This document shows positions 55,655 to 64,000 of a stretch of 64,000 nt of DNA, one piece after another. The notes under the pieces are model-generated. The model saw only the letters and a program-made list of their open reading frames with translations. It did no database searches and was not told the origin of the DNA. Within the stretch, counting starts at the first letter, position 1. Each line of letters begins with the position of its first letter. Made by a program: the position numbers and the translations under genes. The DNA is taken from positions 576,001-640,000 of the forward strand of contig CAWCIZ010000001.1 of the NCBI GenBank assembly GCA_963795855.1. Direction: 5' to 3'. Source of the stretch: Vulcanimicrobiota bacterium. Its GTDB lineage: Bacteria; Vulcanimicrobiota; Vulcanimicrobiia; Vulcanimicrobiales; Vulcanimicrobiaceae.

Positions 55655-56728
55655 ATGCGCGTCCTGAGCGTCGTCGGCGCCCGGCCGCAATTCGTGAAAG
55701 CGGCGCTGCTCAGTGCGGAGCTCGCGCGGCGCGGCATGGACGAAGTCGTCGTGCATACGGGGCAGCACTACGATCGCGAAATGTCGGCCGTGTTTTTCGA
55801 AGAGTTGCGCTTGCCGGAGCCCGCGCATAACCTAGGCGTTGGCGGAGGCGGCCACGGCGAACAGACCGGTGAAATGCTCAAGCGTTTGGAGCCGGTGATG
55901 CAGCAGGAACGCGCCGACTGGGTGCTCGTGTACGGCGATACGAACAGCACGCTCGCGGGAGCGCTCGCCGCCGCGAAGCTGCACATTCCAATTGCGCACG
56001 TCGAGGCCGGCTTGCGTTCGTTCAACCGTACGATGCCCGAAGAGATCAACCGCATCGTGGCCGATCACATCGCGGATTTATTGTTGGTGCCGACGTCCCA
56101 CGCGGCAAAACAGCTGGCGCAGGAGGGCATCACGCAAGGTGTGCGCGTCGTCGGCGATCTGATGGTCGATCTGGCGCTCCAAGCCGCCGCCGGCGTGCCC
56201 GCGCGGCCGCCGATCCTCGACCGGTTCCAACTGCAGGCCTCCGCGTACGCCATTGCCACGATACACCGCGCTTCGAACACGGACGATCCGCAGACGTTTC
56301 GACGCATCCTGCAAGGGCTGCGCGCCGTCGATTGGCCGGTCGTATTCCCCGTTCATCCGCGTACGCGTGAGGTGGCGCGTCTCGCGGGCGCCGGAGACGG
56401 CGACAATCTGATTCTGTGCGAGCCGCTGCCGTATGCCCAGATGCTTGCGCTGGTTGCGCGTTCCGCGGCGGTCTTTACGGATTCGGGCGGATTGCAGAAA
56501 GAAGCGTTCGTGCTTAAGGTCCCCTGCGTCACATTGCGCGAGGAGACGGAGTGGCTCGACACGCTGGAAGACGGCTGGAACGTTTTGGCCGGCAGCGACC
56601 CCTCCAAAATCGCGGCCGCCGCAAAACGCCCTGTGCCGATGCGTCAAGCGACGCCTTACGGCGACGGACACGCGGCGCGCAACATCGTGGACGCCCTGCA
56701 GGAACGGGCGGCATCCTATGCAGCCTGA
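55655..56728 (+). CDS. Non-hydrolysing UDP-GlcNAc-type 2-epimerase (WbpI/WecB-like)
   Basis: GARPQFVK, HTGQHY, GDTNSTLA, HVEAGLRS, PEEINR, TDSGGLQKEA. Confidence 0.93.
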   Translation: MRVLSVVGARPQFVKAALLSAELARRGMDEVVVHTGQHYDREMSAVFFEELRLPEPAHNLGVGGGGHGEQTGEMLKRLEPVMQQERADWVLVYGDTNSTLAGALAAAKLHIPIAHVEAGLRSFNRTMPEEINRIVADHIADLLLVPTSHAAKQLAQEGITQGVRVVGDLMVDLALQAAAGVPARPPILDRFQLQASAYAIATIHRASNTDDPQTFRRILQGLRAVDWPVVFPVHPRTREVARLAGAGDGDNLILCEPLPYAQMLALVARSAAVFTDSGGLQKEAFVLKVPCVTLREETEWLDTLEDGWNVLAGSDPSKIAAAAKRPVPMRQATPYGDGHAARNIVDALQERAASYAA

Positions 56729-57734
56729 GGCCATCGTTCCGGCTGACCGCGTCGCAATCACGGCGGCGGTTGCGGTTTACAACGAAGAAGCGCATATCGC
56801 GCGCTGCCTGGAAGGTCTGCTCTCGCAGCGTTGCGACCAGCCGATCGAGATACTTATCATCGACGGCATGAGCACCGATCGCACGGTCGAGATCGCGCAC
56901 AGTTTCGCACGCTGGGATCCGCGTATCAAAATTCTGCGCAACCCGCACCGTCTGCAAGTCTATGCGTGGAATATCGCGTTGCGCGAAGGGCGCGGCGAGT
57001 ATTTCGCAATGATTCTCGGACACGCGCAGTATGCGGAAGACTATTTCTCCTCGTGTCTGGAAACGCTCGAGCGAACGGGTGCGGTGGCGGTCGGCGGCGT
57101 CCAGCGACCGTGCGCGAGCAGTTTCGTCGGCAAGGCGATAGCCTGGTGCATGTCCAGCCCGCTTGCGATGGGCAATACGCGCTTCCGCTATACGAACGAA
57201 GAAGAAGAGACGGACTCCGTGTTCTCGATTTTCACGCGCATGGAAACGCTTCGCGCGGCCGGCGGCTACGACGAACGGCTGCCGTTTGACGAAGATTCGG
57301 ACCTGAATTATCGGCTGCGAAGCAAGGGCGGCAAACTGATCGTCTCGCCGTCGATTCACGTGCAGTATCACGTCCGCCGCAGCCTGCGAGCGCTTTGGAA
57401 ACAGATGTTCTGCTACGGCTACTGGCGCCGCTGCTGCCAGATGAAGAACGCCGACGCCGTGCCGGTTCGCGTCTTCGCGCCGGCGCTGCTCGTTGCGTGT
57501 CTTGCGCTTTCGGCAGTGACGGCGTTTACGCCGCTGCGCGCGGCTGCCGCGGTGGTTCCGGGGTTGTATGCGGCGTTTCTTGCTCTTACGTGCGTTGCGG
57601 CGGTTCGGCGCGCGAAGCTCGCGGCGGTCATGGTTCCCCCCGCCATCGCGACCATGCACGTCGCGTATGGCGTCGGCTGGTGGAAAGCGTTTTTGACGCG
57701 GCGCAACGGCGTACGGCTGGCGGCGGCGCCGTAA
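56718..57734 (+). CDS. Glycosyltransferase family 2 (ExoA-like) with C-terminal TMs
   Basis: VYNEEAHI, IDGMSTDRT, GGYDE, EDSDLNYRL. Confidence 0.87.
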   Translation: MQPEAIVPADRVAITAAVAVYNEEAHIARCLEGLLSQRCDQPIEILIIDGMSTDRTVEIAHSFARWDPRIKILRNPHRLQVYAWNIALREGRGEYFAMILGHAQYAEDYFSSCLETLERTGAVAVGGVQRPCASSFVGKAIAWCMSSPLAMGNTRFRYTNEEEETDSVFSIFTRMETLRAAGGYDERLPFDEDSDLNYRLRSKGGKLIVSPSIHVQYHVRRSLRALWKQMFCYGYWRRCCQMKNADAVPVRVFAPALLVACLALSAVTAFTPLRAAAAVVPGLYAAFLALTCVAAVRRAKLAAVMVPPAIATMHVAYGVGWWKAFLTRRNGVRLAAAP

Positions 57735-57735
57735 C

Positions 57736-59616
57736 ATGTGCGGCATCGCCGGCATCGTCGGCAACGGCGCGTCGGCGCTCGAGCCCGACGTCCGCACGAT
57801 GCTCGAGTCGCTTTCGCGGCGCGGGCCCGACGGCAGCGGGCTGCATCGTTGGAGCAATGCGGTCCTTGGGCATCGCCGTCTGGCCATCTTCGATCTCACG
57901 GACGCCGGTAAGCAACCGATGCTCTCGCCCGATGGGCGCGTCGGCGTTACGTTCAACGGAGCGATTTACAACTTCACGCAGCTGCGCGAGGAGTTAATCG
58001 GGCGCGGCTACCGGTTTACGAGCCGAACCGATACGGAAGTGCTCGTGCATGGATACGATGCATGGGGCATCGACGCTCTGGTCGGCAAATTGCACGGCAT
58101 GTTCGCGTTCGCGTTGTGGGACGACGCGCGGCACACCCTCTATCTCGTTCGCGATCGTCTGGGCGTCAAGCCGATGTTCTTCGCCGAGCGTGGCGGACGA
58201 GTCGCGTTCGCTTCAACCGCGCGTGCGTTGGACGATGCCGGTTATGCGGGTAGCGTCGATCCGCATGCGGTTGCCGAATTTCTCCAATTCGGTTTCGTCA
58301 CGGACGAGCGATCGATCTACGAAGGCGTTCGTAAACTTGCGGCCGGCCATCTTGCCCGCTGGACGGCCGGCGGTTTGACCGTTACGCCGTACTGGAACAC
58401 CGGCACGCCCTCCAACGATCGGATTGGTTTTGAGGAAGCGGTAGCGGAAACGGAGCGCCTATTTCTGCGTGCCGTCGAAATGCGTCTTCAGGCGGACGTG
58501 CCGGTCGGCGCGTTGCTCAGCGGCGGCGTAGACTCAAGTTTGGTCTGTTGGGGCATTCGTGAACTCGGCGGCGACGTCACTGCGTACACGATTGCGACGC
58601 CCGGCGACGCATCGGACGAAAGCGCCGATGCAACCCAAACCGCGAGAGATCTCGGCATTCGTCACCGCGTCCTCGCGTTGGATCCCAATAATACGCCGGC
58701 GGTGGAGGATCTGACGGCCGCGTACGGAGAGCCGTTCGCATGCGCGTCGGCGCTCGGCATGCTCGCGATTTCCAGCGTTGTTCGGGAACACGCAAAGGTG
58801 TTGCTCACCGGCGACGGCGGCGACGACGTGTTCTTGGGCTACCCGAAAGATTTGTATTATTTTTCGGCACAACGTTTGGCGCGCGCGCTGCCGCCGGGCA
58901 CTCGAGCGCTCTGGAACGCGGCGCGCCCCATGGTTCCCGCATCAGGATCGTTTCGGCGCGCGCGGCATTTCATCGACTACGCGACGGGCGGTTACCCTGC
59001 CGTTCTGGCTGTTTCCGACGCGCTGCCGTATTACCGCGATGCGGGCATGCTGGGCGACCGCCTTCGCGGCGTACGCCTTGCGCGCTGGTCCCAGCCGCCG
59101 GCACGAAACGCGGCCCGGCGCATCATGGAAGAGCACTTGCGCTTCGAACGCGAAACGTATTTCGTCGCGGAATATCTGCCGAAGGTAGACGGCGGGACGA
59201 TGTTTCACGGTCTCGAGGCTCGCGGCCCGCTGCTCGATCAGCATCTGTGGGAGTTTGCTTCCACGCTGCCGTACGGCGTCCGGTTGCACCGCATGACTCT
59301 CAAAGCGATTCTGCGCGAACTCGCCCGGCGGCGAATCGGCGAGCGCGTCGCGCGCGGCGCGAAGCGCGGCTTCGGTATTCCCGTGCAACGCTGGCTCACC
59401 GGGCGGTGGCGTACGGATTTCCTGGAATCGTTCGGCGATTCGGTACTGGCGCGCGAAGGCTGGATCGATGCGCGCGCGGTGCGTTCCGGAATGCAAAAGC
59501 TTGGCGACGGAGAGACCGCGCCGAACCAACTATGGTATCTGTACGTGCTCGAGCACTGGATGCGACGCAGAAACTCGCAAGTGCTCGATGTACGGGAGGC
59601 CGCGGCGACGGGTTAG
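57736..59616 (+). CDS. asnB: Asparagine-synthetase-like glutamine amidotransferase, probably sugar-amidating
   Basis: MCGIAG N-terminus, RGPD, HRRLAIFDL, RDRLGVKP, LLSGGVDSS, LTGDGGDD; located inside the glycan cluster. Confidence 0.88.
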   Translation: MCGIAGIVGNGASALEPDVRTMLESLSRRGPDGSGLHRWSNAVLGHRRLAIFDLTDAGKQPMLSPDGRVGVTFNGAIYNFTQLREELIGRGYRFTSRTDTEVLVHGYDAWGIDALVGKLHGMFAFALWDDARHTLYLVRDRLGVKPMFFAERGGRVAFASTARALDDAGYAGSVDPHAVAEFLQFGFVTDERSIYEGVRKLAAGHLARWTAGGLTVTPYWNTGTPSNDRIGFEEAVAETERLFLRAVEMRLQADVPVGALLSGGVDSSLVCWGIRELGGDVTAYTIATPGDASDESADATQTARDLGIRHRVLALDPNNTPAVEDLTAAYGEPFACASALGMLAISSVVREHAKVLLTGDGGDDVFLGYPKDLYYFSAQRLARALPPGTRALWNAARPMVPASGSFRRARHFIDYATGGYPAVLAVSDALPYYRDAGMLGDRLRGVRLARWSQPPARNAARRIMEEHLRFERETYFVAEYLPKVDGGTMFHGLEARGPLLDQHLWEFASTLPYGVRLHRMTLKAILRELARRRIGERVARGAKRGFGIPVQRWLTGRWRTDFLESFGDSVLAREGWIDARAVRSGMQKLGDGETAPNQLWYLYVLEHWMRRRNSQVLDVREAAATG

Positions 59617-60818
59617 GAACCCGGATGCGGCGCCGGCTCGACTAAACCGGTTGCGTCTTGTGAACAGACGCGATCGAGACATGCTGAGAACTTCCGGGCG
59701 AGCGCTACGGACGACGGCAGAACGGAAGGGTCGCTCGACGACTCGTACCGGCCGGCCGCATAACGCGCGTACAATTCACGCAGCGCGCCTTTTGCGCTTT
59801 CCACGTCGTTCGCGAACCATCCGAGCCCAGCATCTCGAACCGTTTCGCGCATCACGCTATCCGCCGGGCCGAATACGAGCATCGGTCGCCGCGCTCCGAC
59901 GTACTCGAGATATTTGCTGCCGCGCTCGGAGGCTGTCGCGGGATCCATGCTGAGAAAGATGAGCAAGCCGGCTGAGTCGCGCTGGCGCAACATCGCCTCC
60001 GCTCGCGGCACGACACCATGCACGCGTACTTGCTGCTCCAGGCCCAAGCGTCGAGCATCCTCGAGCACCTTATCGTTGTCGGGCCCGTAAAAATCGATGA
60101 TCGCCGCTTCCGCCGCCGGATGTCGTTCGTTGCTTAGTTCGCCGAGCGCGCGGAAGAGGATCTCAGGGTTTCGCTTGCCGCCGTACATCGTGCCGGTATA
60201 CACGAGATTGAAGCGTTCGGGTATTTTTTCCGGTACGCTCTGCCACTCGGCGGCGTCGTATCCATTTTCAATCGCCACGACGTCGCGCCCGTGCAGTCGG
60301 GAAAAATCTCCCGCCAGTTCGGGTGATACGGTCGTGATCAGCGCGGCCCGCCGCATCAGCGAGAGTTCGAGGACCTTTTGAAGCGCGCGTTTGACGGGCC
60401 CCCAGCCCATGTACGCGTTTTCGCTCCAGGGATCGCGAAAGTCGGCGATCCAGGGCTTCCCGGTAAGGAGCGAAAGACACGCGGCGACGACGTGCGACGA
60501 CATGGGCAGCGCAGTTGAAAGAATGGCGTCGCAGCCGTCGCGCCTCATCAAGTGGAGACCTCGGTAGATCGCAGGTACAATCCACGGCGCTTCGGGGTCT
60601 GGAAACACGACGATGTTCTTGATTCGCCGCAGAATCGCACGAAACGCCGCCGTTTTCGGCGTACGGGGTATGATGGGCGGCGCTATTGCCGCGGGCTGTG
60701 TCAGGACCGTCACATTCCAGCCAAAATTTGCGGCATACTGTGCGATGTAGCCAGGCCGGAGCGCACCGGGAACCGGTCGCGGTGGAAAGCAGTAGGCAAT
60801 GAGGAGAGCCCGTTTCAT
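59613..60818 (-). CDS. Glycosyltransferase family 4-like protein
   Basis: IAYCFPP, PWIADFRDPW, IENGYD, VYTGTMY, SKYLEY. Confidence 0.83.
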   Translation of the reverse strand: MKRALLIAYCFPPRPVPGALRPGYIAQYAANFGWNVTVLTQPAAIAPPIIPRTPKTAAFRAILRRIKNIVVFPDPEAPWIVPAIYRGLHLMRRDGCDAILSTALPMSSHVVAACLSLLTGKPWIADFRDPWSENAYMGWGPVKRALQKVLELSLMRRAALITTVSPELAGDFSRLHGRDVVAIENGYDAAEWQSVPEKIPERFNLVYTGTMYGGKRNPEILFRALGELSNERHPAAEAAIIDFYGPDNDKVLEDARRLGLEQQVRVHGVVPRAEAMLRQRDSAGLLIFLSMDPATASERGSKYLEYVGARRPMLVFGPADSVMRETVRDAGLGWFANDVESAKGALRELYARYAAGRYESSSDPSVLPSSVALARKFSACLDRVCSQDATGLVEPAPHPGS

Positions 60819-60829
60819 CGTGTTGCCAC

Positions 60830-62143
60830 CTAGGGGATCAGAATCTCCGCGGTTCCCGGCGCTAAATCGTCTTGCGGCGTTCCATTGAACGAGACCGTAC
60901 CTCCATCGAGAACACCGTTTCCGCTCAATGCAATGCTGTGCCGATAACCGCCTTCGTTGGGCACCTCTGCCGTGCCGGAATTCGGATTCACGGCAACCTC
61001 ACAGCTCCCAAGCAACTTTCTGCGGTAGTAACAGTACCGGAATTGTTGAACATAGGCTCCGCCCGAGGTCCGCAACTGCTCGATATCCGTCGCGTTCGTA
61101 ACCGGCAACATCGGTACGAACTGCGTTTCCGGAAGCACCTTAAACGTCGAAGGCGGCGAGGAATAGGCCGTCTGGTAGACGGAGTACTTCGGATCGTACG
61201 TGAGCAAAAACGAGGCGTAATCGAACAAGCGCTGTGGAATGACGTTCGAAGCGGTTCCGACACCGCGCGGCCCGTTGACGTAACACCAGAAGCCCGGACC
61301 GGCAGGTTTATGCAGGCGCCGCAAAAGTTGCAGCGTGAGAATTTGTGCGACTTGCTCGGCCGTCCATTGCGTATCGGCGAAACAGCGCTCGTACTGCACG
61401 CCGACAATGTTGCGGCCCTGCAGTACTGCAACTTTTGCGGGCACCACAGATGGACGTACGGTGAGCGTGTTGACGACCATCGGAAACCGGATCTGCGAGA
61501 GCGCATTTTCAACGCCTTGCGTCCACTGCTTCTGATCGAAGTTGCAAGGCAGCGGCTGCATTCCGTAAAACTCGTTCGTGTTGTCGACGAAGAGCAAGTC
61601 AATCGGCGTTCCGGCTCCCGGATTTTGCTCATGAATATCGTCGATATAATCGTCGACCACTTCGCGAGCGAATTGGGTCGCGCCGGCTTTTCGCACGTCG
61701 AGCAGATACGAACTCCCGGAATACGCACGGACGGCATTTCCCGTGCAGTCCATCGTCTCCAGTTCCGGATGGCGCATGATCTTCGGGAACTCGACCTTTT
61801 CCATCGGCTCGGGCACGAACGGATTGACGTAGAGCACCGTTTTGATTCCCGCGCGGCGCACCTCTGCGTACTGACTGTACACCGCGTATGCCCAAGTCAA
61901 ATAAGGCGCGTAGGCGCTTTTGTCTGCGGCGCGTTCCGTTGACGACCAAAGATATTCGGCCGTCTGTACGTGCTCGGGGACGCTCGAGGGCGGGTGAAGC
62001 ATTTCGGTATGCGTGCGCGGCTGCGGGCGCGGCGCTTGCGACGCGTCGGCGGACGCACCTGCGGAATGCGTCTGACACCCCAATGCGCCCAATACGGCAA
62101 CCAGAGCAGCGGATGTGAAAAAGCGTCGGAATCGCGCGTACAT
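60830..62143 (-). CDS. Exported protein (possible Tat lipoprotein), glycoside-hydrolase-like
   Basis: MYARFRRFF...LGALGC signal; DLLFVDN and YERCF; clear paralogue of the next gene. Confidence 0.72.
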   Translation of the reverse strand: MYARFRRFFTSAALVAVLGALGCQTHSAGASADASQAPRPQPRTHTEMLHPPSSVPEHVQTAEYLWSSTERAADKSAYAPYLTWAYAVYSQYAEVRRAGIKTVLYVNPFVPEPMEKVEFPKIMRHPELETMDCTGNAVRAYSGSSYLLDVRKAGATQFAREVVDDYIDDIHEQNPGAGTPIDLLFVDNTNEFYGMQPLPCNFDQKQWTQGVENALSQIRFPMVVNTLTVRPSVVPAKVAVLQGRNIVGVQYERCFADTQWTAEQVAQILTLQLLRRLHKPAGPGFWCYVNGPRGVGTASNVIPQRLFDYASFLLTYDPKYSVYQTAYSSPPSTFKVLPETQFVPMLPVTNATDIEQLRTSGGAYVQQFRYCYYRRKLLGSCEVAVNPNSGTAEVPNEGGYRHSIALSGNGVLDGGTVSFNGTPQDDLAPGTAEILIP

Positions 62144-62230
62144 TCCGTTTTCATGATAGCGGATGCCCCCGCATGCATGCGAAAGGCCTGCAGCACGCGC
62201 TACAGGCCCTTTCGTCACACGGGTAATGCC

Positions 62231-64000
62231 CTAGGGAACCAAAATCGCCGCGGTCTTCGAGGCAAGCGAGCCAGGCGCTGCCCCCGTAAAGGTAGCCGTG
62301 CCGCCGTCGAGCACGCCGTCTCCGCTAATGACCATGCTATGCGCGAAGCCTCTTGGATTCGGAACGTTCACGCTTCCACCGGTCGGATTAACCGCAATCT
62401 CACAGGCACCCACGAGCGAGCCTCGGTAGTAGCAGGCGCCGTAGTACTGAACGTACGCGCCGGTGCTGCTCTGGAGACTCCCGATAGTGCTCGGCGCGCT
62501 TGCCGGGCTTAAGGGCACGAAGCCTGTTTCAGGGAAGACCTGGAACGTTGACGGAGCCGTCGCGTACGATTCCTGGAAGAGCGAATAGTTCGGATCGTAC
62601 GTCAAGAGGAACGACGCATATGCGTAGAGGCGCTGTGGAATGGCGCTCGCGCCGTCGACGCTCGTGTTGTCGAGATAACACCACCAGCCCGGTCCGCTTG
62701 AACGTCCTTGCGCTCTAAGCAACGCAAGAGCTTCGATTTGGGAGTTCTCTTCAGCAGACCATTGCGTGTCGTTGAAGCACCGTTCGTATTCCCCGCCAAT
62801 GATGTTTGAAGAACCGAGGTAGTTCACGTAGGTCTGTGTGGTACTCGCGGTGGTGCCGAGTGCGTTGACGACAAAGTTCTGACTCAGTGTGGAAACGACG
62901 GTGTCGAATGCTTGCCCCCACGCCGCCGAATTGTAGTTGCACGGCGTCGCGCCCGTGTTGTACAAGGGACCGCTGTTATCGATGAACATCGCATCCCAGT
63001 CTTGCACGCCCGAGTCTGTACGGAAGAAGTTGGTGGTTGACGTAATAGCTCACGACGTCCGCGTAGTACGACGACGCGGCCGGCGTGCGCGGATCTGAAA
63101 GCAAGCCCGTACCGTTGTAGACGGGCACCGCATTGCCGCTGCAATCCATCGCGCGCGCGCTCGCGTATGAGCCCTTCAGATCGCTGAGTTCGTATTCGGC
63201 GTTCTGAGGCATGACGGGGTTGATATAGAGAATCGTCTTGATGCCCGCTTCGAACGTCGAGAGCATCGTGCTGGTTTTCGTGTACGCCCAGCTGAGGTAT
63301 GGTGCGTAAACACTCGGATTGGTGGCAACTTCAGTCGAACTCCACAAGTACGTCGCCGTCTGTACGTGCTGCATGGAGATCGTCATCGGTGCAGATGGCG
63401 TCGGTACGGATGTCGGTACTGAGGTTGGCGTGGGCGTAGGTGCAGGTGAGGCTGTAGGCGCGTACGTCGGTACTGCGGTCGGAGCGGCCGTTGGCGTTGG
63501 GGCTGCACTTGCCGTCGGCGCCGTACTGGGGGAAGCAGAAGCGGCTGGAGCCGGCGTGGCGGCCGAAGCGACCGACGTTGCGAAATACGCAACGGATGCG
63601 GACCCGGTGCCCGTCACCGTTGCCTGCTGACCGATCGAAACCGTTCCGGAAATTGACGTGGCCGCCACGATCCCGATTGGGATGGGCGGTCCGGACACGG
63701 GCGCGAGCGTCATGCCGTATTGCGTGAGTTTCTGAACCGTTCCCGTTACCGAAAACGGCGTCGGCGCAGCGGTGAATGCAGCCACCAGGTATGCCGTCAC
63801 TCCAGAGCTTGCCGCGCCTGCGCCGCTGATTTCTACGTACTGCCCGACGGCAGGATGCGCGTTCGCGTAGGTCGTCGTGGAGTTCGTCGTAACCGATACG
63901 GCGCTGCCGGAATCACTCCGGATCGTAAAACCGCTCGCGGTCGAACCTGTATACGTTCCACCGATCTCCAGGGTGCCCAAAGGCGCCGTGACGGTTGAAG
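62231..64000 (-). CDS. Exported multidomain protein: beta-rich (DUF5666-like) repeats, Pro/Thr linker, domain paralogous to 60830..62143; 5' end outside window; frameshift near 63020
   Basis: HVQTATYLWSSTE, DAMFIDN, YERCF, YASFLLTYDP, GVLDGG shared with the neighbour; ORFs 62976..63980 and 62231..63007. Confidence 0.72.

Noticed and set aside
57736..59616. AsnB-like gene as a lasso peptide cyclase or housekeeping asparagine synthetase
   Set aside because: Intact N-terminal Cys glutaminase domain, no precursor or B-protein genes nearby, and it sits inside a glycan cluster.

Overview
High-GC bacterial chromosomal segment of mostly core and metabolic genes. Gene style (many Pro/Thr-rich lipoproteins, multiple GGDEF-EAL proteins, very short leaders) suggests Candidatus Eremiobacterota, but that is an inference. 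Left to right: serA with a PspA-like phosphoserine phosphatase, a ferritin-like protein, two small ORFs missed by the ORF track, a glycoside hydrolase/ABC1-kinase divergent pair, icd, a peptide-binding lipoprotein, an EgtB/OvoA-family sulfoxide synthase, deoC plus aldehyde dehydrogenase, and a homogentisate cluster (hppD, fahA, hmgA) with no recognisable maiA but an uncharacterised gene coupled to fahA. Next come an M3 peptidase, SRP RNA, M23 peptidase, yggT, lepA, rdgB, seven tRNAs, four c-di-GMP enzymes in total (one fused to a STAND ATPase and TPRs) and tig-clpP-clpX. The right end holds tandem His-motif lipoproteins, a wbpA/B/D/E/I-type diacetamido-uronic acid cluster with an AsnB-type amidotransferase, and two tandem exported glycoside-hydrolase-like paralogues. 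About 20 single-base indels interrupt genes (including lepA, clpP, clpX and a tRNA). These are best read as long-read sequencing errors, and they create two false fusion ORFs. No CRISPR array, integrase, transposase or prophage was seen. Best leads: the candidate missing enzyme of the homogentisate pathway, and the glycan locus flanked by uncharacterised exported paralogue pairs.
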